Shown here piece by piece: positions 39,201 to 54,200 of a stretch of 64,000 nucleotides of DNA. Numbering within the stretch: position 1 is the first letter of the stretch; each line of letters opens with the position of its first letter. Under the pieces are notes generated by a model. The model did no database searches. It was not told where the DNA came from and saw only the letters and a list, made by a program, of their open reading frames with translations. The position numbers and the translations under genes were made by a program. Source of the DNA: Phoronis australis (taxonomy: Eukaryota > Animalia > Phoronida). The stretch is taken from contig NMRA01000272.1 in assembly GCA_002633005.1 (NCBI GenBank), forward strand, positions 375,817-439,816, read 5' to 3'.

Positions 39201-42200
39201 CATGGGCCTGCCTAGGCACATTATACGGATTAGCAGAATGTAATCTCGGCGTTTTTGCGTATGTTCTAGTATCCACTATTATATCCCCTTTCCGATACTG
39301 ATAATTGTGTATGTAATAAACTGTTGCAGAGTATCACAAATGCCTGCCGGATCACTGGCAGTGTATGAACATGTACTGCATCCCCAACTATAAGTATTGT
39401 GACTTTGTCGATGACTGCGGTGATAATTCGGACGAAAANNNNNNNNNNNNNNNNNNNNNNNNNNNNNNNNNNNNNNNNNNNNNNNNNNNNNNNNNNNNNN
39501 NNNNNNNNNNNNNNNNNNNNNNNNNNNNNNNNNNNNNNNNNNNNNNNNNNNNNNNNNNNNNNNNNNNNNNNNNNNNNNNNNNNNNNNNNNNNNNNNNNNN
39601 NNNNNNNNNNNNNNNNNNNNNNNNNNNNNNNNNNNNNNNNNNNNNNNNNNNNNNNNNNNNNNNNNNNNNNNNNNNNNNNNNNNNNNNNNNNNNNNNNNNN
39701 NNNNNNNNNNNNNNNNNNNNNNNNNNNNNNNNNNNNNNNNNNNNNNNNNNNNNNNNNNNNNNNNNNNNNNNNNNNNNNNNNNNNNNNNNNNNNNNNNNNN
39801 NNNNNNNNNNNNNNNNNNNNCAGGATTTTGCCCGTCAGACATACGCACCCCCGAACTGCCAAATGGAATCTGGGAGAGTTTTAGGTGGAGGCATGGCCCC
39901 TTTCACCCCCCCTCAAAATCCTCCACTGATTTCCGTCCAGAAAACAAAGTTTCAGTCATGAAATTGGTGTCAAACTGTTCCTTGGGCTTGTAAGGAACTG
40001 ACAGTTCGTACAGACCAAGTTCATATAATTTCAACTCTTGGCGTGACCTGAAAATTTGCGAGCTTGGCCTGAAAAAACAACGAACTCATTCAGTTCCTCC
40101 CGAACCCTGATATCGTAGTAATCTGAGTAACGATCAAAACAAGACCTATTTTATAGCGGTAAAGGTCTGAATCAAAACTTAGTTTTTGTACAAAGAGGAC
40201 GGATTTAATGCCCCTTTAACCCATCTCCCATTATAGTGTTTCAAGTAGCTTTAAAAAGCTACTTCTGGGAGTGATAAACGTCACGGCGTTCGATTCTGAG
40301 AGGCTCTGCGACTACTAACGTTTGACGTATGCTCAGCAGTTGTGGGCACGAAAACGATGTCATGTTTTACAATGTAAATCTCTAGTACATGCTACGCAGC
40401 TTAAACTACGCAACAAGAATGGGTGTCGTGTACACACATATACATAGACTCCCACAGTCTCGCAAATTTTCTATAAGAAAAAATGCTAAGTGAGTACTGG
40501 GAGATTGGCTACGAAAAAATTAACACTTGTCAGATTCACCAGTAATAATGTTTATTAACAAACTGATTTGTTTGTTTGGTCCATGCTTAACAAATTTCCA
40601 GTTTCAAGTTTTGCGCTGATCGACTCTATTGTTTTGTGCTCACATAAACATTAGACTTTGAACGCTGTTTCTGACGTCGTTACTGCCACTGCAGTACACA
40701 ACGTGATTCTTCGCATTGACCTGTGGAAGTGCGTTATCAACGAAAATATCTAAAATTTAGGTTGCCCTGGAAAGGAATTTCGCTGTAAGGACAACGGGAC
40801 TTGCTTAGACTACGCCAAAATTTGCAATCGAGTGTCTGACTGCCCGAACACTCCCGGTGGTCATGAAAACGACACTTCGGATGAAGAAAACTGTGGTAAC
40901 GCTCTGTCTGAATTTTAGTCATTTATAATGATATGGAAGGTACCTCTTGTACGTGCTTTACAAAATATGGTTATAAAGAAGACTATACGAAACACAACAG
41001 CACCGCTTTTCACACCCACAATTGAGCTTATGTATAAAATAATGCTTTTTTGCTTTAAAGTTTCGTACAAGAGCGTACGCGCCTAAGCTAACATCACTTA
41101 TTGGCGCATGTGCCTATGCCGTTATCCCTTATGCCAGTTTCTTACTTGGGACCGTGCGCCTATGAAGTTGTGCCTTTCTATATCCTGAATTTGCCTAAAT
41201 GTAGAGCACTTTCGAGTAAAACTAATGTTAAAGTTAAATGTCTTGTGAGAGACTCTTGACTTATTTATTGCAAAATGATAGACATTGTCGTGTGTTCAGA
41301 ATTTAACTTGAGCTATTGAAACGAATTACTGAGAATAGACTAAATGCTTGCAAAACACCCAGTTTAAGACATGATCGTATGCAACATAACAGGGATAGCC
41401 GCCTGTGCCTATTGGTCTGTTTAGTGACGATGTATCTGCCACTATTACGATTCGATTTGGACCCACAAATAGGAATAGAAATGTTTTCTTTGAGAAAATT
41501 TGCAGGTCTTGGATTTTTACGATTCAGGTTACCACGGAGACTATTTAGCATTTAATATTTTAAAAAAATTATATGTTTGGATTAGTTGGTGTGCACCGAT
41601 AACGTTTGCACACATGATTGCTGCCGAGGAGTTGAGGGGATTAAAATTAACTGGGTCCATAGTCAGCTAATAATTATCGAAGGGCTCAATAATTTACAGC
41701 GCTACGTAAATGTGGCTTAATGATTATTATTATTACTTTATTATTATTATTATTTTGTTTTTAATTTTGGAACTTTAATTTTATTTGAATGGATCCAAAA
41801 ACGTCAAAATTACGTCATACTAAACAAACGGTGGGAAGCTTAGAAACACTCGAGCAAAACACGTTCATCGGAAAACACATTACTTCAGATATAAGCGCAT
41901 GGGCCTGCCTAGGTACATTATACGGATTAGCAGAATGTAATCTCGGCGTTTTTGTGTGTCATCTAGTATCCACTATTATATCCCCTTTCCGATACTGATA
42001 ATTGTGTATGTAATAAACTATTGCAGAGTATCACAAATGCCTGCCGGATCACTGGCAGTGTATGAACATGTACTGCATCCCGAACTATAAGTATTGTGAC
42101 TTTGTCGATGACTGCGGTGATAATTCGGACGAAAAGGATTGCAGTGAGTATATTGTAATCAGACCGCTCATACTTTACAACGAAGCTACCACACCAGTGC

Positions 42201-45200
42201 ATTCGATTTTGCTGTGCCGATTTTTGTCAGACACAGTTCTGTTATTATGCAAGTCCAAGCCTGCTAGTTGTTAACGCGTACGGGTTTTACAAGTTAGCGC
42301 GTGCAGGCCTGACTCATTAACATGTTAATCTATTTCGTAACCGTGTTGCGAGGATGACTGAGGTCAGGACTCCAGGAACGGGTTGATTTTCTGGATTTGT
42401 ACATATTCGTACTTAAATACAGCAATTTAACCTTTTCATTTATACGTAAATATTATTCATGAACTGAAAGAAGGAGTGAAATACGTTTCTGCTGCCGTCT
42501 TGCTGACATTTTGAAGAAGGTGACATATATCGATCATGCAATGAGAAATGACCTCAGAGAAGAACCCTGTGACCTAGTGGGACTATCTTGTTAATAATGC
42601 GCGGACAGTTTCAGAGACTGCTTTCAACCCGTTTCACAGTTTCTTTTTGAACCAATCATGAAAAACTAAATGTCTTGATAAGTATCGTATATTTGCATCG
42701 TTGATTTAGCCACTGCTGGCATAAATAGACATCAACAAATAACAGCATGTAAAACGTATTACAACCTCAGCATGATAAAGTTTAGAACCGAAGCATTGCA
42801 AACTATCATAACTCTAATTTAGTACAGATAAGCGACATCCTATGCGCACCTGCAATGCGAATTAACGCGCATTCGTAGATTTAGGGCAAACGTGTTAAAC
42901 CCGTACGCGTTAACGACTGACAGACTTGGAATTCCGCACAACGTTTAACATTTCGAATTTGTATACCCGTGGACTTAGCGAGTGGTGAGTTGCTTTTTCA
43001 AAAAACAAACTTTGGTTCCAAGCAAACCAAAACAACCAACCGCAACAGTGAACCAGAGCTGTGTTCAAAGAGCACAAGTGGCTCCGCCTGTACGAAAAGA
43101 GAAACACCTCTCAGGGTAGTGGGATTCGAAGCTTATCACTTGCTCAACATAAAATCCCTTAGAACAACCGCGTCGTTGTCGGAGATTAAACGCGTTTTTA
43201 AAAAATCATTTGCTCCGTCTAGAAGAGAGCGAAATGAACTGCAAGTGCTTCTACCATACTGTTGCAGTATTTACAACCAGTTCTGGAAAATAAGTGGGTA
43301 ACGTTGGGTTTATTCTGAGTCATGTAATGGCTTACCAACTTAATCTAACTTCGTTCGTCCCTCTCTGGTTTTGCATGTATGTTTATTTTCAACTGCTCTC
43401 GTCGTTCTTCACGCAGATAGAGAAGAATGCTTGGAAGTCTTTTTTAAGTGCAACAACGGCGAGTGCATATACGACTCGTATTTTTGCGATGGAAAGCCCG
43501 ACTGCATCGATGGGTCAGACGAGCTTGGATGTGGTACGAGATTTTAATTTTAAAATTTTACGCCTTTTTCAGAAATCACCATTATTTTCAGAGCTGAAAC
43601 AATCTTGATATATCAGTCATTTCAAGATTTTTGTATTACCGTGCATGCAAATACTCTTACGAAAATAATTAAAGCTGTACTTGGTACAGAAGTTGACGAA
43701 TACACGTGCTTACCTCTCATACTGGCCAAAATTTTCAATTTTGACTTTGTCTATAATACTGCCTATTTTATAGCTAAAGAATTTCAGTATAAAACCAGGT
43801 ATTAAAAGAGCTAATATTTTAACATTTCTTGTGATTTTAGCACTGTCAATTGACGGGAGGTAGAAAACAATTAATTGAGAAAGAGTTATGAGACTTTTCT
43901 TTTCGTTGATCCACTTATAATCGTATTTCAATCTTTTTCCTTTTTGCAGCAACGCAGACAACCCACTTTTTGTGCCCGGAACAGTTTTATATCAAACTGG
44001 AGTTTGTTTGTGACGGCGAGCCAGACTGCTTGAACCACCGGGATGAGTTAGACTGTAAGGCTATTTAAAGTAAATCACATGATGGCTTTTGGAGTGAACA
44101 GTATTAGTTAAATTCAATAGCTACACGTTAAAAAGCTATTGTTAGTACACGGCTAGGACTGCGCTGCTTCTGGTGTTGCGACTGATATCACTACTGCTGC
44201 ACAGCTACCGATACTGATACTGCTGCAGCTAGTGATACTGATACTGCTACTGATACTGTTATTGCTCTTGCTACTAATACTGATGCTGTAAACTGCTACT
44301 GATACGGCCACTGATAGTGATGCTGATACTGATTCTGTTGCTGCTAATGATACTGATACTGATACTCTTATTGCTATTGCTACTGATGTTGCAGCTCATA
44401 CTGATACCCAAAAATTCGACATTTCAATGTATTGTAGCAAACTTTGGTATGCTAAAATTCATTTTACTTTAATATGTTCTCCAACGTATACTATTGATTT
44501 GATTTTCAATTTCAGTAACGAAATAAATTGTAATATGTATCTAGGCAACTGCAGCACAACCGACTTCCGGTGTGAAAACTCCCGTTGCCTCCGCCCGTCA
44601 CAAATCTGTGATGGTGTGTGTGACTGCTTGAATACCTGCAGTGACGAGAACGGATGTCACAGTAAGTCGGCAGCGAAAGTTACGGTTTTATCGCACATAT
44701 TCTTAAAGACTAAATCTTCATTGTCCTTATACCTGAATTTAACGTGACATAGCTGAGTTTATTTACAAATTTCATTCCCTCATGTTTAAAACGTGTTCTT
44801 TGAAGGTTCCACGAAACATCATAACCTATGGCTGTTGAAATCTCTTGCGGAACAATACTTTGCTTCCAAGGAACTAAATGCGTTCATTCAATTCAGCGGT
44901 ACACACTGCAACAGTATAACATATCCGTATCGGCGTTTTTTTGCTTACTAGGAGAAGCGCACATTTGTAATAGCTTCGGTGACCATCTGTGCAAGACATT
45001 TGGAACGAGTCACCCGCAGAGATGCGTACGTGATGCATATCTCTGCGATGGAAATTTCGACTGTTTGTATGGTGAGGACGAGACAACATGCAATGGTAAA
45101 AGCACATGCAACTTTATTATCATACACTTAAAATCTAAAATAATAATTTGATTAATCACAATGGCAATGATGACGTTGATGATCGACGAAAATGATAATG

Positions 45201-48200
45201 AATGATGACGACGACATCTATGACGATCAACGTAATGTTAAGGATTATGATAGCGATGGAGGTAAAGATGATGATGATGAAGACGATGGTGATGATGAAG
45301 ATGATGACGACGATAATGATGGTAATAATGGTGCTCGGCGAATCCAATGACGATGATGGTGAATGGGATAATGAAAATTACTGATGGTGAGAATTGTGAT
45401 CGTGATGTCAACAACGAAGACAATAACGATAATCATGAATATAGAAGTAATGAAAGCGGTGATTATATAACATAGCTTTTTGCCAATATTGTATCATTCT
45501 AAATAGTTTCTTGAAAATCGACACAGTGGTATCAGTGATAAACGATGTAAAATATTTTATTATTTTGGTATTTATATGCCCATTAAAATCTGGAAATATA
45601 TAGACATCTTAAACGCTGCATAAGTGTACAAATACGTATGATATTGTTGCTTCAGCTCAGTGCGAATGGCCAATGTTCATGTGCATTGATGGAAAATGTA
45701 TACCAGGCGAAAAAGTGTGTGATAAAGTTGGCGACTGCTCGTTTAATGAAGACGAAAACGAATGTTTCTTTGGAGGTATGCTCATGGCGTCACACAAAAC
45801 GTTGTACCTGGCCTATGATCCACAAGTTCTTGTTGATTTTAGTCACTATTTACCAAATATTTGAAAATAAGAGTACGACCAAATAATCCGAAGCCTGGAA
45901 TTGGTTGTAAAGTCTCAAACAAACAGCTCCGTAGAAGTTGGATTGCTAAAACTGATTGAATTTTTTGATTATTTAGACTCTGCATCTTCATCCATTTTGG
46001 GATTTAGGTAAAGCGTTTGATTCATTATATCATTTTATTATTCTTCTCTTAGGCAAGCAATTATAAATCAAGAAGAAAGTAATTATTAACTTACTTCGGT
46101 TTATTGCTCTCATAGCCTAAACATCTAACATGTCTTTGCCGATCATAGTGTCTTCTTAGTTGAACATTAAAGGAGTTTCTTTTTTTACAATAATACCTAT
46201 CACGCGACCAATCGCTCACGGCCAAAAAACACCCCCGACACGTTGTTTTTAGGGATTACGCGAAAATTGCAATTGCCCCTTCCCACTCAGATTGGTCAGT
46301 ACATTATCTCCTCCTTTCTCACGTTCCCCTCTTTCGGTTTTCTATTTCCTATCCTTCTCTTCCATACTCACCTTCGTCTATCCACTTTCTTATTTGTCAC
46401 TGCTGGAATTACTCATTGTCCCAACTGCTGTTCGACCGAACGCGTCTAATATGTACAGAAAATTAAATGTCGTATCCCATAACTTTGCATCCGCATGACC
46501 TGTCCCACCTCAAGCCGGTTACGTGCATTGGCGTTCTGTTGTTCTTTCCTGTAGATTGTAAATACGGTCAATATCGATGTCTCTCAGGCCAATGCGTTGA
46601 CGAACGTTGGGTCTGTGACGGGACCTACAATTGTTATGATAGGAGCGACGAGCGTGACTGTGGTGAGATTTTGTCATCGTATAAATTATGTATTGATATA
46701 TATTGAAATGAAGAGAATTAAAATATTGGCATATCTTTTACAGTATTAAAACTTAATGTACAACCAAAATTAACCAAAATGAGGACTTGAGTCAGTTTTC
46801 CTGGCAGATTGTCTCATATCTCCGAAACTTGCATTTTTAGCTCAACTTTGATCTTTTTCTTTCATTTTTCAGACAACTATCAGTGCCCCGAAAACTATTT
46901 TAGGTGTAACTTAACCGGGCAGTGCCTGTTGCCAAATCGAATTTGTGATCACAGGAGGGACTGTCCTGACGGAAGTGACGAAAAAGAGTGCAGTAAGAAC
47001 AATGTATTTTGACTATGTTATAATATATTTAGCAATTTGTCATTGTGTTTGCATACAGCAAATGCGTGGACACATTTATGGAATGATATGATCTAAATTT
47101 CATAGACTTCGGAAGCCTAACATTTTAATTTATCTTGGTGAGATATCTAATTTTTTTACAAATTCGCCATGCTGTAGAGCCATTGCAGGTTGCCAAGCAG
47201 ACAATGACGGTGGAAAAACAACGTGACACTTCTATTCTCCATGGAAACACCTGTCAATCGTCCGAATGCCTTCACCAACCGTCAATTTTGAGAATGTTGA
47301 AACTCTTAACTATCATAAAACGTTACAACGACAACGCTTTGCAATCCACAAAGGATGAAATATGCCATGGAAATGACTTTTGTGCAAGTTAAATTTATTT
47401 CAGATTACAGAAAATGCCGGGAAGACGAGTTCCAGTGTTCGAGCGGCGAGTGCATTCCTGAACACATGCTGTGCGTGTTGGGGCCAAGTGGCTGTAAAGA
47501 CGGCTCTCATCTCTGGGGAGACTGTAGTAAGGCTAACGTGTAATAGTGCATAAAAGTTCAAGTCCAGGTTATGTTAGGACAACGTGATGAATGCTACTCA
47601 AATTATCAAGATCGATGCTTCACACATGACACATGACATTGACCAAATACATAGTGATTATGCCACGCCGTTCGATTTTGTAAACTAAAAACTCCTACAG
47701 TCAAACATTGTTGGCAGAGATAGTTTTAGTGTTAATAAACTTTCAAACATTAGAGAAGGGAGCGATTAATTAGATAACCATTTTTCAGCTAGAAATCTCT
47801 CGCTAAAACAAAATATCACCACCACAACTAGGCAAAATTGAAGTGAACGACTTTTTACTCAGGCTTTTGTGCGCGATATGAGTGAGATGAAACACATGGT
47901 AGTGTTGGCTAACGTATTAAACCAAGGTTAACATGACTAACGGACTGTAAAACACGGTGTCGGACGCCAAAACACGACTCACGTACCTGCAAACATCGTT
48001 CACTGACTCACATACATGGGATCGAACTCATACATGGGATCGCACTCACAACACAAACACGATTCATTCACCACCCCCCCCAAAAAAAAAAAAAAAAAAA
48101 AAAAAAANTAAACACAGTTCACTCCGATAAAGCATGCCAAATACACGNAACCAATTCCATGTGATTCAATACATGTCACAGATCACTAAAACCCCTATGA

Positions 48201-51200
48201 CAGACAAAATACACTCTGGGTTGTGCCCGGCAGAAACCCCCAAAAATCTCAATCATGGTATGCCATCAAAATTTGATCTAGACTAGATTTTCGAGGTACC
48301 GGCCAAAACTGATTTAAAACGAACAATAGTACCCGGGGTCCTTTTTTGGTTTCTGCTGGACCTATTCCAGAGTGCAATTTGTCTGTCATGGGTCATTTGG
48401 AGTTCAGTGCGGTACTATTGTTCGTTTTAAATCAGTTTTGGTTGGTACCTCGAATATCTAGTCTTCTAGCTCATTTTGGGGCTCTTAGTAAGTCCCCCAG
48501 GGGTCACACCCAGAGTGCAGACAACGGCAGACGTCCATTTCTGTACATACTCAACTGAGGTGGACTTTAAATGCTCCCGTGGTCAGATGTTGGTACCTCG
48601 TTCATCTATGCTAAGTGCTCTGGGCTGCCGGTCTAGTCTCAGACTCATCGGCTTCCCGGGTAAGTAGCGCAAAATAGTTTTTACTACTGCGCAGAAAGGG
48701 AATTGTTCAACCTTCATGTATTTGGAAACAACTTTGACGCGGAGAGAAATGAATGAGAATGAGACGGATCGTTGTTTACGCTTTTTGGTAAATGATTACG
48801 AGTTTGTTATAAAATTTCACGACTTCAATTTCATTATTTTTTGTTTATCTTGAAGGAAACAAAACATGTGGTCATGGCATGTTTAAATGTCCTAACAGTC
48901 ATTGCATCGACGACAGCCTTGTTTGTAACGGAGAACACGATTGTATAAAGACAGGATATGACGAAAACAAATGTAGTAAGTATTCAAGTGTGTGGATGAC
49001 TTCAGATAAATGATTTCCGTTTGTAAACGTTTTTCCTGTTCCAATTGGCAACAGGATTTATTGCTGCACTCCTTCATGAGTTGTTGAATCTAAAACTATT
49101 AACGGGACGATACCAGTGAAATCTTCAAGGGGACGAGTTTGTCAAATGAAACTATATACATCCATTTTTAAGATACGACAGGCGAAATGCCTTGCTGGAG
49201 AATGCATTACGTAGTACCATTTTCTGTCATAATTCAACTCTACAAGTCGTAGTCAAGTTACAATGAAGTACTGGTCAATATGCTGGTGCTTGGTTGGAAA
49301 TGTAAGATCTTTTCAAGTTCATGTTATCGTAGTAACCAGCACGTGCAAATTTATCGAATTCGTTGTAAACTATGTTCCCGGGTCAAACACGACTTTTCAG
49401 AGAAGTGCTTGCTCTTTCAAAGCAACTTCATCGTATTCTTAATATCCTTTGCTGGAATATTGAAATTGGCTCTATACATGTTAACCGTTATTTGCTCTAA
49501 CCATAGCAATTTTTGTAAAAAACCATTAGCAAACCATTGCACTGACGAAAACGAGTTAATATATCATCAAATGTCAAAATGCATTGCATGTACCTACTTA
49601 CCTATTAAAGGCTCTTACATCAAGTAACTGAGAGTGTTGTTATACTCCTTGGTAACTCCTTTGGCCCTGTCGAGCAAGGCTCATGATATGAGATTATTTC
49701 AATTATTGCCAGTAAAAGCCAAAGCGAAGGTTTGAAAACTTTTAAATGAACATCGGCAAAATGCAAAAAAATACGTAGCATTTTGACGCTAAGCCGTAGC
49801 ACTACAGAAACGGGAAGAATATGTAGCACTCTCATTAATTTTAACCTCAAATAATAATTCCTTTTCAGGCGCTTCGTGTCCGTATTTAAGTGATCAGTGC
49901 GAGTGTTACAATAATGTTATGAACTGTTCATCTAGAGCTCTTCAGGATGTTCCATATTTGGGGAATGACAGATATATCCGAATACTGTGAGTAGAATAGT
50001 ACACACCTCGTATCAAACATTGTGATTGCTGGTCAAATAGAGACTAACCTGAAATGCTGTACAAATACTTTTGAGAGATCACTAGTAGAGAAGGAAATTG
50101 CATAGTGTGTTTGAAAAAGGGGAATCAACAGTACATCCACTACTGAGCAATGTTCTTGTGAAATAAAGATTTGTTTAAAAAACATGGTCAGCTCGACTCT
50201 AAGTTAAATGGTTTTTAAACGCATTTATCTCTGTAACAGATGTTAATCAATTACTTGCAGTGACTTGAGTTCCAATGCCATCGATTCGATAAAGAACAAC
50301 AGCTTTGCGAGTTTTAGGGATCTCCTTGTGTTGTGAGTATGATGACTTTTTAGGCTACAATGTTACTGAGTAGGAGCATTCATGGATTGGTCAGTGTATA
50401 ATATTGCTGAAATAGCATTGTAACACTGAACATCACGGGCGGGGCAGCACTGAAAAAAGTGTGTGTGGGGGCAGGGGAGCTAAAGCCCCCCCCAGCTCCC
50501 TGTGGTGCACCGCCTAAACACCATGGGCGGCGCAGCACTGAAAAAGTTGGGAGGCTGTAGCCCCTAGCCCCTTATGGTGCGCCGCCCATGAACATAGTAC
50601 AATGTACAAATGCAGACGCTACAGGAAGCTATATCTGGGTTGGAAACGTGTGAGTTCCACAAGGAAATTAGTTTTTGTAGGAATTAAGACTTTCATACTC
50701 TTTGACTCATGAACTGTCAGAAGTGTTTGAATGATCGTTGCTCCTATATGTGTATTGTTTTGGAGATGGCTCCAAAATATTTAATGAATTATGGAAGGAA
50801 GTCTTCTTTGAGATAAAAGATTTTTAAAGGAGGTATTCATAGTTTGCGATTCAATTGTGAATCAACCAAAAATCATTTATTAAAGGAGATGTCAAGGCTT
50901 GAAATTACGAAGGTGCCACATGTCTACGATTCAATCTGAGTCTGACAAATTAGTGCAATATTTTCCCATAACTATGAAAATTTTGACAGCAATAAAAATG
51001 GCGGATGCTGCTTCTATGATAGGTTTCTTGCTAAAAAATGCCAGTAATACCACAAGTTTTCGGAGACAGAAAACTCTGATGGTTCCAATATTAAAAATTA
51101 AATTCACTAATTCATCTTATAATTGGAACAAATTCTAACTTATTATTGGATTCGCCAAATCTACAATCGATTTAATTAATGTTTCGATACTTTTAAAGAT

Positions 51201-54200
51201 CGTTAGATGGGCGCAACTAATTTCCAAAAAATAACTGGAAAACAAGTCTCAGATATTCACCCTTCATTCGGAATATAAAGGCGGTCATACGTCGCGGAAC
51301 CCGTTTGATTTCAAATTAATTGGGCCGCGTCAAGCTTCGAAATTTTTAAAAATCAATGAAGATTCATAGACTTGAAGTCATTTTCCACCTTCAGGCGTTT
51401 ACTCAGTCTACTCATTAAGGTTATACGAAAAATTATCGACAAGTTTGTGTATTTAGCAAAATGTCTACAAAACTATAAATTTTAACCCAGTAAAAGTATT
51501 TTCTCAAAGTAGAACGCGTGCAGAATTTGATTTTTGACTTGAATTGAAGGTACATCGATCGCAGAACAACGGCATCAATAACAAGATCAAATTTTGTTTA
51601 ACATAAACGTCCAAGATGAAATCTCTAAAGCGCTATTACCGTTTTCTAAAGTATCTAAATTATTGCTCCTTTCCATTTTAAATATTTTTGATTTTTTCAT
51701 AAAAGTTATAAAAGTCCTATATTCTGACAGTCCCTCGTATAACAGTGAACAATTTTTAAGACATTTGTAACAGCGTTTTGGAGAGCAATGCATAATAAAA
51801 TGGTTTATGTTTTTCATATGAATCGAATCCGCAATTTTTGAGATGTGGTGTTCTGGAGTTTGCCCATTTGGCCATTTTTCTACGGTTCTGCATAACCTAA
51901 ACGTCAAGTTCTTCTGTTTTTATCGATCGTCATGAACAATAACAGAAGCGATGATTTGGCCAGTAATGATAATGTCGCTATTTGAGCGCCAACTAACCCT
52001 TTTGACATTATTTCGCCAAGAGTGGCGGAAAATCTTGAGGTTATGTTTTGGAAGTTTAAGGACTAAAACTGAAATCGCATTTGCTGATCACCGTGGGAGT
52101 TTGGTATCTCTGAAATTATCTCTCAGCTGGCCCCTCAATAATCTCCGAATTCTTTCAAAAGGCCTCCCTGAGATGGTGAGCTCGTAAAAATATTGGACAA
52201 GACCATCGACCTTGATGCGAATTGAAGAAAGATCTACTAGTTTTTGTCATACGGCCGCTTAAAACAGCTGGTGCGGAATAGTAAAAATCGTTTGCAGTCG
52301 CTTGTAACGGTATTGGAGAAAGTGTAAAGCAAAATCTAGACGATGCAGACTGTGTTGCACCCCCAACTAGCAATTTTTGGATTTTTGGCATCCATCTTAT
52401 TTATAGTGAGTTGCCAGAATGGTCTTCAGGAAATTCAACAGACGTGTCTCAATCTACTAAAAACTGTACGACACCCAGAATGGTCTTCAGGAAATTCAAC
52501 AGACGTGTCTCAATCTACTAAAAACTGTACGACACCCGCCAATTTAGGTCGACTAACAATGAGTCTATTATACCCCTTTTGAGAATGTTGGAAAACCTTT
52601 CATGTGCTATATATACTGCCGCTAATTTTTGATGTGCCATGTATACTGCCGCTAATTTTTGAGGCTATCGTTCTCGAAATTGAGTTGAAGATGCTCTATC
52701 ACGTGAATTTGTGTTTTGTGTGACTGTTTAGTTGAATATAAAGGGATTTCCAGTCACTGTGATGGTTGTGTGACTGTTTAGTTGAATATAAAGGGATTTC
52801 CAGTCACTGTGATGGTTGTGTGACTGTTTAGTTTAATATAAAGGGATTTCCAGTCACTGTGATGGTTGTGTGACTGTTTAGTTGAATGTGACGGGATTCC
52901 CAGTCACTGTGATGGTTGTGTGACTGTTTAGTTGAATGTAACGGGATTCCCAGTCACTGTGATGGTTGTTTGACTCAGTAGACACCGACTGGGTACATGT
53001 ACGTGCCGACACATTCGTTTTGGAATATTTTACTACGCAACTCTATTCATGCCTTTGTACCTTTCCAGAAACTTATATGGAAACAAGATAAATAGCATTG
53101 AGCCAGACAGTTTTGTTACTTTGAAGTATTTGAAAGCCCTGTAAGTATTAGACATTTCACTTAATTTAGCATCATTAACAGTAAAATTAAATTTAATACT
53201 TCAAGTTTCACCAAAACGTCAAAATCACCTCCTTGCTCAATCTGATGATTGGACAAAGATGAGGACTAAAATTTTTTTTTTCAGTTTGAGTCAAAAATTT
53301 ACTGAACATGAATTTTAGCTGGATGCATGACGTCACTGAGTGCCTAAATCAAAGCTGCATTTTACCCTGTTTCACTGGCCTTAATTGCTTTTTTGTTGAA
53401 TTTTAGGGACCTCAGTGGACAGCGTCTCAAAGGTATCTTAAAGAAAGGAACGTTCACGGGACTCGTGAATTTGATAAGATTGTGAGTTTCTGCTGTACTA
53501 ATTCTTCAAGTGTAAACTAACTATTCTGAGATGCGACGGAAGTGACGCTAAACATTGGTCCACAATAAGCTTTCTAAACAACTGACGCATTGTTTGTTCT
53601 ATATGCAAAATTCGTTGAACCCACAGCGATGTTAACGATCGATATTTTTAAATAAAATTTACTCCAGTTCTCGGTCGTCCGCATTCTAACAATAAAGCAG
53701 ACGGCCAAGAGACGCAGGGAAACTGGTGATTAAAGCGATACCTATATTTCGAGATAGTGTTCTTTTCTCAGCATCAAGCATATATAGACATAGAAATATT
53801 GAAAGGCATTCAAAAATAACCATAGAAAAATTCACATGTTTTGATTTTCAGGGATTTATCCAACAATTCAATTACTGGGATAGAGGATGGAGCCTTTCAA
53901 GGGTTGTTTAAGTTGAAATACCTGTAAGTACTTAATACAACCAAATAGCGCAGATGTTCTCTCTTCAAGATTTTAAAGGCGTCCTGAAATAACCACGTGT
54001 ACCATTGAGACGGAAACTGGTCGACTCCCGTGTTAAAAAGTTTCATTGACACTATGCATTACATAAATGATAAAAATTTTGGTTGCGTTGTGACTAAAAA
54101 TACCAGAAGAGACAATCCGAGTTTTTTCCGAACGATGTTTGTTTGAACAACTACTTTGACTTGCGTGAAAGACACACGGTATTTAAAGGAGGTACTTTGC

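Noticed and set aside
45156-45436. Met-, Ile- or His-rich ORFs, and the RQTD and HT-repeat ORFs at 4676 and 9706
   Set aside because: Translations of microsatellites.
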